From NCBI GenBank assembly GCA_015494585.1, contig WGAY01000006.1:1335-65334 (forward strand): a DNA stretch of 64,000 bases. The letters run 5' to 3'. The first letter of the stretch is position 1; the number at the start of each line of letters is the position of its first letter. The notes under the pieces were generated by a model. The model was not told where the DNA came from, ran no database searches, and was given only the letters and a program-made list of their open reading frames with translations. A program made the translations under genes and the position numbers. The stretch comes from Candidatus Omnitrophota bacterium (GTDB lineage: Bacteria > Omnitrophota > Gorgyraeia > S143-82). This document shows, one piece after another, positions 51,459-61,422 of the stretch.

Positions 51459-52631
51459 CTATGAGGAAGGCAGGCGCCAGGAGTAATGTTCTTCAACAAA
51501 CCTCCTTGCTGATTCTGCGATCGCCTTCCGTAATTCAACATTATAGTACAGCCTTTCAATTGCATCTGCAAAACCAGAAGGGCTATCCTCTATCAGGATA
51601 TTTGAGCCATTGCTATAATTTATACCCTCTGCACCAAGCGAGGTAGAGACAACTGCCCTCCCCGCAGACATAGATTCTAGTATCTTGAGCCGACTGCCAC
51701 CCCCTATCCTCAGAGGGACAATAGAAAGCACTGAATTGTATAAATAGGGACGCACGTCTTCCACACTTCCGGTTACAATTACTCTATCACTAGAAAGGGA
51801 CCGGACCTTGCTAGATGGATTGCGTCCTACAATATATAGAATAATCTCAGGTATACGACTAGAAACCAAAGGCCAAATCTCCTTTATAAAGTAGAGCATG
51901 CCCTCTTCGTTAGGGAACCAATCCATAGAACCAACGAAGACTATCCCCTTCTCCTCGCCGCTATAAGGCCTGTACTCAAAGAATTCAAGGTCAACCCCGT
52001 TTGGCACAACAACCGCCTCCACTCCGAAGGTTTCTAAAAGAATCATCCTATCGTCCTCTGAGACCACCCATACCTCATCCACGCTCCGACAGACATCCCT
52101 TTCAAGGGCCTTAATCAATCCCTTCTCTCGCATAAACAGCAACCGCTTAAATAAAGAGGTCTCTTCCCTGGCAGCACGTTCTGCTATTAAATACTCCACA
52201 TTGTGTTCGTCTACTCGCAGACAACTATCTGGCGAAATAGAACGTAAGATTTGTAGATATTGTCCCATATGCAGGTGATCGCAATGGATAATCGAATATC
52301 TATTCTCCCTGACTAACCGAGTGAGAAGAGAGGAAAAATGAGAGGAAATATACCGCTGATAACTAATCGGACGCCCCTTGAGGAAGGCCGCAGTAACTAT
52401 GGAAAATAAATTATCTACCCTCCTTACCCCATAACAACGAATACCTAGCTTCTGCTCCAGTTGTTCTGCAGCATCTTTATCATGAGGAGAGAAGAAAAAG
52501 CTCAATAGATCAACACAATAGTCCTGTGTCAATAAGCGCAGGATATGATAGGTCCTTATTTTGCCCCCCGTATCCAGGGGATAGGGAATACGAGGACTTA
52601 AAAAAAGTAATCTATCTCTCCCCAACTTCAT
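51459..52631 (-). CDS. Glycosyltransferase family 4
   Basis: PYPLDTGGKIR, DEHNVE, PNGVD, GGGSRLKILE; start after AAGGAG. Confidence 0.9.
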   Translation of the reverse strand: MKLGRDRLLFLSPRIPYPLDTGGKIRTYHILRLLTQDYCVDLLSFFFSPHDKDAAEQLEQKLGIRCYGVRRVDNLFSIVTAAFLKGRPISYQRYISSHFSSLLTRLVRENRYSIIHCDHLHMGQYLQILRSISPDSCLRVDEHNVEYLIAERAAREETSLFKRLLFMREKGLIKALERDVCRSVDEVWVVSEDDRMILLETFGVEAVVVPNGVDLEFFEYRPYSGEEKGIVFVGSMDWFPNEEGMLYFIKEIWPLVSSRIPEIILYIVGRNPSSKVRSLSSDRVIVTGSVEDVRPYLYNSVLSIVPLRIGGGSRLKILESMSAGRAVVSTSLGAEGINYSNGSNILIEDSPSGFADAIERLYYNVELRKAIAESARRFVEEHYSWRLPSS

Positions 52632-53730
52632 CTCCTTTTGCATCCCGCCACAAACCAGGGATATCTTCTCCACAATATGGACAATGTCCATTTTGAATAC
52701 GATTGAACAGTACCTTATAGCCTATCCTGCGGATTAAAATTTGTCCACACTTAGGACAATAGGTATTCTCATATTTATGTCCGGGGACATTGCCTATATA
52801 TACAAACCTGATGCCTGCCTTATGGGCTATCTCCACACACTCCTCTAGGGTCTTTACCGGGGTCGGAGAGACATTCGCCAACTTGTGGTTTGGATAGAAC
52901 CTGGAAAAGTGAAGAGGCACATCCCTGCCAAGGTTTTGGACAATCCAGTTGCACATTTTCTCAACCACATCTGGAGAATCATTGAAACCAGGTATAACCA
53001 GATTGGTTATTTCAAGCCAGGTCCCGGACTCCTTTATTATCTTAAGCGTCTGGAGCACTGGTTCTAAGGAGGCCATCAATCCCATCTGATTATAGAATTC
53101 CTCTGAGAAACCCTTCAGGTCAACGTTTACCGCGTCTATATACGGCAAAAGCTGCCTCAATGGCTCAGGGTTTACATATCCGCAGGTATGCATCCCATTA
53201 AACATACCAGCCTTTTTTACGAGGATGGCCGTATCGTACATATATTCGTAAAATACAGTAGGCTCGGTGTAGGTATAAACCACCCACTTGCTATTATATT
53301 CCTCGGCCAGCTTTACTATCTCTTCAGGAGATAGTCTATAACCCATAACCTCATCAGGACGGGCCTGGGAGATCTGCCAGTTCTGACAGAATAGACACCT
53401 CATATTACAACCAGCAACCGCTATGGAGAAGGCCCTGGCGGCAGGCCAGACATGGAAAAATGGCTTCTTCTCTATCGGATCAATATGTACCGCAACCGGA
53501 TTGCCATAACCATAGGTATAGAGCTGTCCATCTACATTTTCCCTGACCCCGCAAATACCCCTTTGCCCTAATGGAATAACACACCTACGAGGACAAAGCT
53601 GACACTGGACTAGCTTATCTTCAAGGGCCTTCCAGAAACGCGCCTTTTCCCTTGCCAGGATAGTATCCTGATTCCATAAGATAAAATAACTCAGAATAAT
53701 AAAAAGAAAAACAAGCCTCCGCCTTCTCAA
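52612..53730 (-). CDS. Second AmmeMemoRadiSam radical SAM enzyme, with an N-terminal signal/TM segment
   Basis: CQLCPRRC, DPIEKKPFFH, GCNMRCLFCQNW, YTYTEP; N-terminus MRRRRLVFLFIILSYFILW. Confidence 0.88.
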   Translation of the reverse strand: MRRRRLVFLFIILSYFILWNQDTILAREKARFWKALEDKLVQCQLCPRRCVIPLGQRGICGVRENVDGQLYTYGYGNPVAVHIDPIEKKPFFHVWPAARAFSIAVAGCNMRCLFCQNWQISQARPDEVMGYRLSPEEIVKLAEEYNSKWVVYTYTEPTVFYEYMYDTAILVKKAGMFNGMHTCGYVNPEPLRQLLPYIDAVNVDLKGFSEEFYNQMGLMASLEPVLQTLKIIKESGTWLEITNLVIPGFNDSPDVVEKMCNWIVQNLGRDVPLHFSRFYPNHKLANVSPTPVKTLEECVEIAHKAGIRFVYIGNVPGHKYENTYCPKCGQILIRRIGYKVLFNRIQNGHCPYCGEDIPGLWRDAKGDEVGER

Positions 53731-53822
53731 AGTAGAATCCTCCCGATATTCTCTATTGACTTCTATTTTATGAACCTAAAAACAGGGTTTTGAATTGGAT
53801 AATACAAAGTTAATCTATTGTA

Positions 53823-55601
53823 TCACAAGAATATTTTAGCGTATTTAAGATAATTTCTAGTCATGGCCAGGAGGGAATGGGAATATATGTAGTGATGTAA
53901 TCTGGCCTGTTCCACCCTATATTCGTCAGCCTTATCTTTGTAATAAGAAACAAAACCCTTCATCTGCCTGTAAATCAGATCTGAAAGAAGACGCGAAGGC
54001 TCGCTATGCAGGTTTTTGAGATCTTCTAGGTCAGCATTCTCTAAAGTATCACTGGACACATCTACTATCCATCTGTACCCTAATTCTTCAAAGCGCTGCA
54101 GTCCTCCAGCATTGCTAGTAATAATAAGGGCTCCTTGATGGATTGCCTCATCGACCATAAGATTATAGCCTTCTTTGACTGATACAGCGAGATAAGGCAT
54201 ATTCGTCCTGGCTGCAAGTCTATAAAGTGCACCGACCTGTTTGCCCCTGGCATTCCACACAAAGTAAATATCATCAGTGTAGTCTGATCGGCCTATGGCC
54301 TCCTCAATAAGCCTCTTTATCTCCCCTGTTTCTGGATCATCGTTAGCCCCTCCCGCAAATACCAAAAATTTGGGTATCCAGTCCCTATCCCAGCTCTGAC
54401 GCAATAGATTATAGGCATCCACGGCCTGCAGGATCCCCTTCCAGGCATCTGCCCTCGCTCCTGTCAGAATAACCGGCTCACAGGAGAGGAAAAGCTGAGC
54501 TAACCGTTCATCTATTCCCATTAAAATCTCTGTCCATTCCTCATCAGGCCTATGTCTATTTTTTTCACTGAACACATCTATCCCCGGAGGTTGGGCAAAT
54601 ACCCTTTCCTTCTCTTGCCAGGATGAAGGTATAAGGTGAGGCTGGGCCAGTAGTATACCTCCCAACTCGCTTAATCTATTTAATACGCCATCGATATAGG
54701 TCCAGATCCGCCTGGCACCAGAGTTTTCCCCTGCATGCTCTATGCCACTTATGTCTATGTGCAGTCTAAATATCCATGGCCAAGTTTTTCTCTCAGAGGA
54801 ACCTGCGTTTTCCAAAAAGGCCTCCAGCGTTGAGACTACCTGAGGATCCTCAAAAAATACAGCCCCAATCTCTTCATCCTCCAAGATCCAGTTGAATATA
54901 ATGAAGTTATCCCTACCTACCCTCCTTAATATATCAATCTCCTCTTCTGAAATCTCCATATGTTCGCCCTGGATGATATTGTGTATTTTTTTGGTAACTC
55001 CGTAAAAACAAGAAGGACAATAAGGATGGACTATATGCCATTCCAGTTCAATGCCGTGATGCCTTAAAAACTTATAGAGACCTGGGACCATCTCTGCCAC
55101 TCCACCACCCGAAAAGGTGGCATTTATTAACACTACCTTTCTCTTGCCAGTCTGAAGTAAGGTCTTGGCCAATGTTTCTAATTCAAAAAATAATTGGTTC
55201 CCTGCCTCTCCCATAATCCTGACATATTCCCTTCTGTAGGCATCCCAATCTAAATCCAGCCTCATATCCTTAAAGTGAAACCTTATGATCTCCCTAACCC
55301 AATCCGGGTCTTTATCCGACAAAAATTTCAGGCTATCAACTATCCAGAAGTGCAGATAATCCTCAAGGTGCTTGTCTCTAGAAAGTACTTCCAGAGATGC
55401 TAAACCTCTTAAGTGACTGAAATATTCTTTCATTATGCCCACTACATCCGAAGGAAGGTCCTGTTTATTCCAGGCAAAAAATAGTGGGAGAGCCTCGCAC
55501 ATAGGGTCCTCAAGAACCGGACTAACTATATCCCAGAACCCCTGGAAATCTTTGTCCAGCAACATTCGATTACGAATCCTATCAGGTAAAGGATTCCCCA
55601 T
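53823..55601 (-). CDS. TreT (trehalose synthase)-like GT4 glycosyltransferase with an N-terminal extension
   Basis: INATFSGGGVAEM, FYGVTKKIHNIIQG, EDPQ, RLHID, DDPE, KEGYNL. Confidence 0.7.
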   Translation of the reverse strand: MGNPLPDRIRNRMLLDKDFQGFWDIVSPVLEDPMCEALPLFFAWNKQDLPSDVVGIMKEYFSHLRGLASLEVLSRDKHLEDYLHFWIVDSLKFLSDKDPDWVREIIRFHFKDMRLDLDWDAYRREYVRIMGEAGNQLFFELETLAKTLLQTGKRKVVLINATFSGGGVAEMVPGLYKFLRHHGIELEWHIVHPYCPSCFYGVTKKIHNIIQGEHMEISEEEIDILRRVGRDNFIIFNWILEDEEIGAVFFEDPQVVSTLEAFLENAGSSERKTWPWIFRLHIDISGIEHAGENSGARRIWTYIDGVLNRLSELGGILLAQPHLIPSSWQEKERVFAQPPGIDVFSEKNRHRPDEEWTEILMGIDERLAQLFLSCEPVILTGARADAWKGILQAVDAYNLLRQSWDRDWIPKFLVFAGGANDDPETGEIKRLIEEAIGRSDYTDDIYFVWNARGKQVGALYRLAARTNMPYLAVSVKEGYNLMVDEAIHQGALIITSNAGGLQRFEELGYRWIVDVSSDTLENADLEDLKNLHSEPSRLLSDLIYRQMKGFVSYYKDKADEYRVEQARLHHYIYSHSLLAMTRNYLKYAKIFL

Positions 55602-55703
55602 AAACACGCCCCTTGCTGTTAGGAAGTATACAAAATTTCCCAAAAAAGGCAAGCAGAATGACCCAAAACTGAATAAGCCGGGATAACAGTCCAAAATGGA
55701 TAG

Positions 55704-55973
55704 TTATTCTCCAAAAGAATACACCTTTTCAACTGGCTCCAGTACCTCCCAGCGACACTTCAAGCCCTTTGGGAAAACAGCCAAATCACCAGCCTTTATC
55801 TCCACATCGCCTTCATCCGTATGGACAATAACCCGTCCCTTATAGAAATAGCAAGTTTCCTGCTCCGTGTACTCCCAGTCAAACTCTGAAACCGGACATG
55901 TCCAGGTCGGCCATTCAGATACACCCAGTCCCTTTAATTCCTGCTGTGTTGGCTGAGTAACCTTAATCTTCAT
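55704..55973 (-). CDS. Cupin domain protein (DUF861-like)
   Basis: WPTW.C.VSEF.WEY...ETCY...G.V, GDL.VFP.GL.C.W.V...V.K.Y. Confidence 0.88.
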   Translation of the reverse strand: MKIKVTQPTQQELKGLGVSEWPTWTCPVSEFDWEYTEQETCYFYKGRVIVHTDEGDVEIKAGDLAVFPKGLKCRWEVLEPVEKVYSFGE

Positions 55974-56014
55974 CGCCCACCTCCTTAGAATTTTGTAGAA
56001 AATAATACCTGCAA

Positions 56015-57559
56015 CTAGAAATCCAGGGCCCTAGGCCTTGCTGGTAGACCTGGCAGGGTTGTTATATTCCCTGCCAAGAGCACCACAAACCCTGCACCAG
56101 CGGATAAAAAGGCATCATTTATCTCAAACACATAACCCTTACTTACATCTATATCCACATGATGGGCAAAATTATATTGTACCTTTGCCACACATATGGG
56201 CAATCTGCCAAAGCCCGTATTTTCAAACAGAGAGATCTTTTCCCTTGCAAGAGGAGAAATACTTAACCCATTGGCGAAATAGACCTTTTGAGCCAAGATA
56301 TTTAATTTTTCTTCAATGGACATATTTGTATCATAAAGCCCCTGCGGAGAAGCATCTGCCTTCTCAATGAGAGAGTCTATGACATCGACTAACTCCTCTG
56401 AGCCTTCAGGCCCCCTTGAATAAAGATAACTCACCACAGCACCATCAGCGCCAGCATCACGCGCAAAACTACATAATCCCAGCAGGTCTTTTTCATTATC
56501 CGTAACCCTGGCATTAACCAACACCACAATTGGGACACCAAACCGCCTTGCTATAGAGATATGCCGTCTTAGATTGTCCTGCCCATACTCAGAGACTGCC
56601 TGAAGACTTGCTACGAGTACAACTAAATCAGGGTAATATCCACTGTAAAACGACTTTATATCAAAAAACTTCTCCCCACCGCAATCCATCCCAAAGCCTG
56701 CCTCTGTAAAGACATAATCCGCCAAAGACAAACCAATCCTGTCGGCAATAACAGAACTGGCGCCAATACTTATATTTGCAAACGGACCAGAATGGATAAA
56801 CACCGGTGTGCCCGAGCTTGATTGAACAAGATTGGGCATAAGGGCATCGGAAAGCAGACGAAGGACTGCATTCTCTGCACCTATATCAGAGAGGCAAATA
56901 GGCCCATGCATATCAGAAAATCCCAATACAATCCTCTCTAACCTAGCCTTGAAGTCCTGTTCATCCTTGCTGAGGGCAAGTATAGACATCAATTCAGAGG
57001 CAGCAGTAATACAGAACTGTGCTCTGTGCGGGAAATACCTTGACTTTCGGTCCCAGTTAATCCCAACAATTACCTCTCTAAGTGCCGCATCACTGACATC
57101 TATAGCACGAGGCCAGTTAAGTTCAGATACGTCAAAACCAAGCCTATTCCCCCTGAACAGATGATTGTCAATAAGAGAGGCAATAAAGTTATGAGCGCTA
57201 CTTATCGCATAGTTGTCTCCCGTAAAGTGCATATTTATATCCTCTTCCGGAAGGGCCCGACACTTTCCACCCCCTGTCCCCCCGCCTTTTATACCAAGGT
57301 ATGGACCAAGAGAAGGCTGTCTTATACAGGCCACGGCCTTTCTCCCACAATGATTAAATGCCATTGACAGGCCTATCGTCGTGGTAGTCTTACCTTCTCC
57401 AAACTTCGTCGGTGTCATTGCAGATACAAGGATATAGCGTCCCTTTTTAACTGCCCCATCCAACAGAGAAAGAGACAACTTGGCCTTATACCTACCATAA
57501 GGGATAAGATCTTTTTCTCGTATCTCTAATTTTTTAGCGATATCTCTAATATCTATCAC
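56015..57559 (-). CDS. fhs: Formate--tetrahydrofolate ligase (divergent)
   Basis: YGRYKAK, TPTKFGEGKTTT, RQPSLGP..GIKGG, HFTGD, GPFANI, TEAGFG, EKFFDIK, PGLP; GTG start after GAGGAG. Confidence 0.88.
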   Translation of the reverse strand: MIDIRDIAKKLEIREKDLIPYGRYKAKLSLSLLDGAVKKGRYILVSAMTPTKFGEGKTTTTIGLSMAFNHCGRKAVACIRQPSLGPYLGIKGGGTGGGKCRALPEEDINMHFTGDNYAISSAHNFIASLIDNHLFRGNRLGFDVSELNWPRAIDVSDAALREVIVGINWDRKSRYFPHRAQFCITAASELMSILALSKDEQDFKARLERIVLGFSDMHGPICLSDIGAENAVLRLLSDALMPNLVQSSSGTPVFIHSGPFANISIGASSVIADRIGLSLADYVFTEAGFGMDCGGEKFFDIKSFYSGYYPDLVVLVASLQAVSEYGQDNLRRHISIARRFGVPIVVLVNARVTDNEKDLLGLCSFARDAGADGAVVSYLYSRGPEGSEELVDVIDSLIEKADASPQGLYDTNMSIEEKLNILAQKVYFANGLSISPLAREKISLFENTGFGRLPICVAKVQYNFAHHVDIDVSKGYVFEINDAFLSAGAGFVVLLAGNITTLPGLPARPRALDF

Positions 57560-57687
57560 AAACCTATCTCCTCTTATTATTTTCACATCAATCAAGTAAA
57601 ATCTAATATAATACAGTTTTCCCAAAAACTAAATCAAATTATCTATATGTAACGACAGAAAAAGCCTATTTGCAGTTTTAGTCACTC

Positions 57688-57718
57688 AAAAAAATAGGCG
57701 GATGGAATCCCATCCGCC
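57688..57718 (-). terminator. Rho-independent terminator after the FadL-family gene
   Basis: Stem GGCGGATGG/CCATCCGCC with a 4-nt loop, followed by a T7 tract on the minus strand. Confidence 0.8.
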
Positions 57719-57755
57719 CATTGAATAATAAGAAATCTCCCTAGTTAACACAACA

Positions 57756-59003
57756 CTAAAACTTCCACTGGAGTGTCAACTCAACGGAGGTCTGATACAT
57801 AGTAGATTTGATGGTTACAGGATTACCTAGAGGATCCGTACCAGATTCCTCAATAGATTCCTCAGGAGAGAACATGAAACCAAATCCAATGGAAAACCTA
57901 TCAGATGGATTGTACATAAACCCAATAGTGAAGTGGTCCTCACTTATAGCGGGAAAACCGAATACACGGAATGTTTCGTAATAATACTTATACATATTCT
58001 TCCCCTGAACACTGACCATATTAGACCCATTAAAACCATCGTAGGTGCGCAGCGGTGTCTTTCCATGGTTATATCCAAATCTCAAACTTAAGGAAGGACT
58101 AACCATATACTGAAACCCAACTGCATATACCAATTGATCACGCCAACCAAAGTCGGAGTAGCCGTCCGCACTGCCCCAGGAATAATACCTAAGGGCCGTC
58201 TCAACTACCCAGCGGTCTTCGTGATAGGCCAGACCCAAACCAATCATCTCTGGAGATTCTAAGTCCATCGAATCAAAGTCCCCATCCCCATCAAAGTCTG
58301 TTATAGTTTTATAACGGGCCTTAAGCGGAGACATATAGGTAAACCCTATAGATATTGGGTCTTTTCTATAAATAAGACCAAGCTGATACCCAACACCGAC
58401 ATCATCAGAGGTTCCAGAATTCATATCAAGGCTGGAATATCCAAGGTGAAGCGCTATACCAAATGATAGAGAATCCGTCAGCATCCAGGCAATATTAGGG
58501 GCAATCTTCATGCTCTTCAATTCCGTATATATACCAGAGGCATAAACCATAGAAGGCATCGAAGAATAGCGGCCATCGATAGAACTGCTCCTATAGTCTA
58601 CACCCATGCCAGAAACACCGAAAACCCCTATTCCAGCTCGACTTCTCTCTCCCAGTTTCCAGGCAAAACCAAGGGCAGGAATTGCAAAGAAGTCAGAATC
58701 GCTATCTTCTTTGGAATTTATCTCCCCCTGAATATAGAGAGATGCCTTGGTATGGGGCATAAAAAATGTTGTAGAACTCTCAAAGGCATAAGACTCAAAA
58801 CAATGAGCTGTACATATGGCTGCTGGATTGGAGAATATAGCACTGATTACATCCATAGGATAGGCAATGCCAACCCCACCCATAGACCTACTGGACCCAC
58901 CACAGGAAATCATATTATCTCCATTGGTAGTAAAGCCATTCACAGGTAAAAATCCCAGTACCATGACCAAACTTGACAACACGGCCACCAATAACCTTCT
59001 CAT
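57756..59003 (-). CDS. FadL/OmpP1 family outer-membrane transport protein
   Basis: Signal peptide; SRSMGG..A......NPAA hatch motif; beta-strand pattern; terminal Phe. Confidence 0.85.
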   Translation of the reverse strand: MRRLLVAVLSSLVMVLGFLPVNGFTTNGDNMISCGGSSRSMGGVGIAYPMDVISAIFSNPAAICTAHCFESYAFESSTTFFMPHTKASLYIQGEINSKEDSDSDFFAIPALGFAWKLGERSRAGIGVFGVSGMGVDYRSSSIDGRYSSMPSMVYASGIYTELKSMKIAPNIAWMLTDSLSFGIALHLGYSSLDMNSGTSDDVGVGYQLGLIYRKDPISIGFTYMSPLKARYKTITDFDGDGDFDSMDLESPEMIGLGLAYHEDRWVVETALRYYSWGSADGYSDFGWRDQLVYAVGFQYMVSPSLSLRFGYNHGKTPLRTYDGFNGSNMVSVQGKNMYKYYYETFRVFGFPAISEDHFTIGFMYNPSDRFSIGFGFMFSPEESIEESGTDPLGNPVTIKSTMYQTSVELTLQWKF

Positions 59004-59044
59004 AGAACCTCCCTTGTTACTGTTTTCACATACTCTATGCCCTA

Positions 59045-59073
59045 ATTTTATAAACCAAACTATTACCTGTCAA
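59045..59073 (-). promoter_or_regulatory. Sigma70-type promoter TTGACA-17-TAAAAT for the FadL-family gene
   Basis: TTGACA at 59073-59068, TAAAAT at 59050-59045. Confidence 0.65.
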
Positions 59074-59079
59074 GTCGAA

Positions 59080-59865
59080 TCAATTAGGCATAAAACATAA
59101 ATCCTTTATATTCTTCCAAAGTGTTCTACCGCCAAGAAAAGCAAATGTATACAACTGTCCTCGCCTATAAAAATACCCGACAAAACACTGTCTTGCGGAC
59201 TTGGTAAATCCGGTCTTGCCCCGTACAAAAGACCAGTGTTTATTCCACAACAGCTTGTTATGGTTTACGACCCTTATTCTTCTACCTGCTTTGCTATAAA
59301 AGATGTATACCTTCTTTCCAAGTGCATCTGTTATCAATCCATATTTGATTGCAATCCGCATAAGCCTTGCCAGGTCATAGCTGCAACTAAACTGACCATT
59401 TGCAGGCAGACCTGAGGCATTCTTAAAAACAGAATTATGCAGGCCACACCGTCTTGCCTTCTTATTCATAAGTCTAGCAAATCCAGATTCTGTTCCGGCA
59501 GCTGCCTCTGCTAAGGCAACCGCAGCATCATTGGCCGAAGCCACAAGCAGCGCATACACTAAATCCTTGACCCGATAATATTCACCAGTTTTTAGATACA
59601 CCTTGGAAGGCTCAATACTCGCGGCCTTTTCTGATATCCTAACCCACCTATCTAGAGGAAGGGAATCTATAATAACCATAGCAGTCATAACCTTGACCGT
59701 GCTTGCAGGTGGCAGGTGTTTATACGGAGAAGCACTATAAAGTAGTGTGCCCTTTTTCCCCAGCAATGCCGCTGATTTCCAGTCTCCTGCCCAAACTAAT
59801 ATTGGAAGGGCAAGGGCAAAAAAAAGCAAACTAACGATCCAGAAAAGCTGCCTTTTTCTGGGCAT
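59080..59865 (-). CDS. D-alanyl-D-alanine carboxypeptidase (peptidase S11)
   Basis: PASTVKVMT (SxxK), SAND (SxN), GKTG; signal peptide. Confidence 0.9.
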   Translation of the reverse strand: MPRKRQLFWIVSLLFFALALPILVWAGDWKSAALLGKKGTLLYSASPYKHLPPASTVKVMTAMVIIDSLPLDRWVRISEKAASIEPSKVYLKTGEYYRVKDLVYALLVASANDAAVALAEAAAGTESGFARLMNKKARRCGLHNSVFKNASGLPANGQFSCSYDLARLMRIAIKYGLITDALGKKVYIFYSKAGRRIRVVNHNKLLWNKHWSFVRGKTGFTKSARQCFVGYFYRRGQLYTFAFLGGRTLWKNIKDLCFMPN

Positions 59866-60514
59866 AGAAGTCTCTTATCACCTCAAGGACCTGATCTGGG
59901 GTATCCACTACTGTAAATATATCCAAATCTTCTATATCTATCATACCCTCCTGAACAAGGGTCTTTTCCATCCACCTTATCATAGGTTTCCAAAATTTAC
60001 TATTAACCAGAATGACAGGGAATTCCCCTATACGTCTTGTCTGGATAAGGGTTATGGCCTCGATAAACTCATCCAGTGTGCCAAAACCACCCGGCAATAC
60101 CACAAAGGCCTTGGCATATTTTATAAACATCACCTTCCTTGCAAAGAAATAACGAAACTCTATCAATATATCTGCAAAGGAATTAGGTTTCTGCTCCATT
60201 GGCAGTCTTATATTCAATCCAACAGAAATACCCTTAGCCTTTTTGGCACCCTTATTGGCAGCCTCCATTACCCCAGGTCCACCACCTGTAATTATCGCAA
60301 AGCCTTCCTTTGCAAGTAAAAATGCTATCTCTTCTGCAAGTTTGTAGTTCTCACTATTTCGCTTGGAACGGGCAGAACCAAATATACTAACGGCCTCTCC
60401 TACTTGGGATAGAACTTCAAATCCCTCTATGAATTCCGACATAATTCTAAAGATACGCCAAGTCTCATTGGTATCATCGGGATTTATAAAGTCTAAAGGC
60501 GCCTTTCTTATCAT
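59831..60514 (-). CDS. LOG family Rossmann-fold nucleotide phosphoribohydrolase
   Basis: FGSAR, TGGGPGVMEAAN, FFARKVMF, PGGFGTLDE. Confidence 0.92.
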   Translation of the reverse strand: MIRKAPLDFINPDDTNETWRIFRIMSEFIEGFEVLSQVGEAVSIFGSARSKRNSENYKLAEEIAFLLAKEGFAIITGGGPGVMEAANKGAKKAKGISVGLNIRLPMEQKPNSFADILIEFRYFFARKVMFIKYAKAFVVLPGGFGTLDEFIEAITLIQTRRIGEFPVILVNSKFWKPMIRWMEKTLVQEGMIDIEDLDIFTVVDTPDQVLEVIRDFYAQKKAAFLDR

Positions 60515-60532
60515 AGTCCCCCCTTTGATTGA

Positions 60533-61408
60533 TTACTTTAACTTACCAAGTTTCTCCACCATCCATTCATAAAACAGAAAAAAGGCCTCAGGACACCGCT
60601 CGGAATCTAATATATCGTTTATAATACCTCTCCCCATTGAACGTAACCACTTAAGTCTTTGTTTTCCCAATACCTTTTTGCCACCCCATACATTTCTCGC
60701 AAGAGAAACATCTACTTTTTTTAATAATACCATAGGAAATGTCATCTTTTTATCAGAAAAATCCTCTTCCATATCTAATAAGTCATCATAAAGCTGGAAC
60801 AATATTCCCCACAAGAATGCATAATCAGAAAGTTCTACTACATCATCACTGTTAGAAATAAAAGGAGAAACCGCCTCCACGCCTATCTGAAAGAGTGCCG
60901 CTGTCTTTTTACTAATAATAGAAAAATAGTTATCCCAGTTGATATCACTGAAAGCACAAAACTTCTCCTCCAACAACTGACCCTCGCATATCTCAGATAT
61001 AGCCATTGTGGCAAAGCCTCCTGCATCAATGTCCTCGAATTCCTGCACCCCACGAGCAAACAACCAATCACCCCAGACAATGGCCTCAGAAGTAGAAAAC
61101 CTCCTGTAAAAAGATAGCTTGCCCCTCCGCCTTTCCGCCCCATCGATTACATCATCGTGTATAAGGGAGGCCAGATGGATTATCTCTATTCCTGCCGCTG
61201 TCTTCAATGCATACTTTTTCCAATTCCTCCCTATTTGCTTGCGCATACTGTAAAAGGCCATAGCAATAAACTTCGAACGAAGAAATTTCCCTTTCCAGAG
61301 AGAGGATAGAAATCTATTCTCAACCGAAAAAACTCTACTATCCTCGCCTAAAAATACATTTTCCTTAAGGTAGGAAACCAATGCCTCTACAAACGTATCT
61401 AAATTCAT
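60533..61408 (-). CDS. Polyprenyl diphosphate synthase
   Basis: GKFLR, IHDDVID..RRG, KTAALF, FQLYDDLLD. Confidence 0.88.
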   Translation of the reverse strand: MNLDTFVEALVSYLKENVFLGEDSRVFSVENRFLSSLWKGKFLRSKFIAMAFYSMRKQIGRNWKKYALKTAAGIEIIHLASLIHDDVIDGAERRRGKLSFYRRFSTSEAIVWGDWLFARGVQEFEDIDAGGFATMAISEICEGQLLEEKFCAFSDINWDNYFSIISKKTAALFQIGVEAVSPFISNSDDVVELSDYAFLWGILFQLYDDLLDMEEDFSDKKMTFPMVLLKKVDVSLARNVWGGKKVLGKQRLKWLRSMGRGIINDILDSERCPEAFFLFYEWMVEKLGKLK

Positions 61409-61422
61409 TCTTTATCCCTACC

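Noticed and set aside
57690-57730. Fluoride-riboswitch-like GGCGGATGG hairpin
   Set aside because: Better explained as the minus-strand terminator of the FadL gene. No downstream + strand gene or pseudoknot partner was seen.
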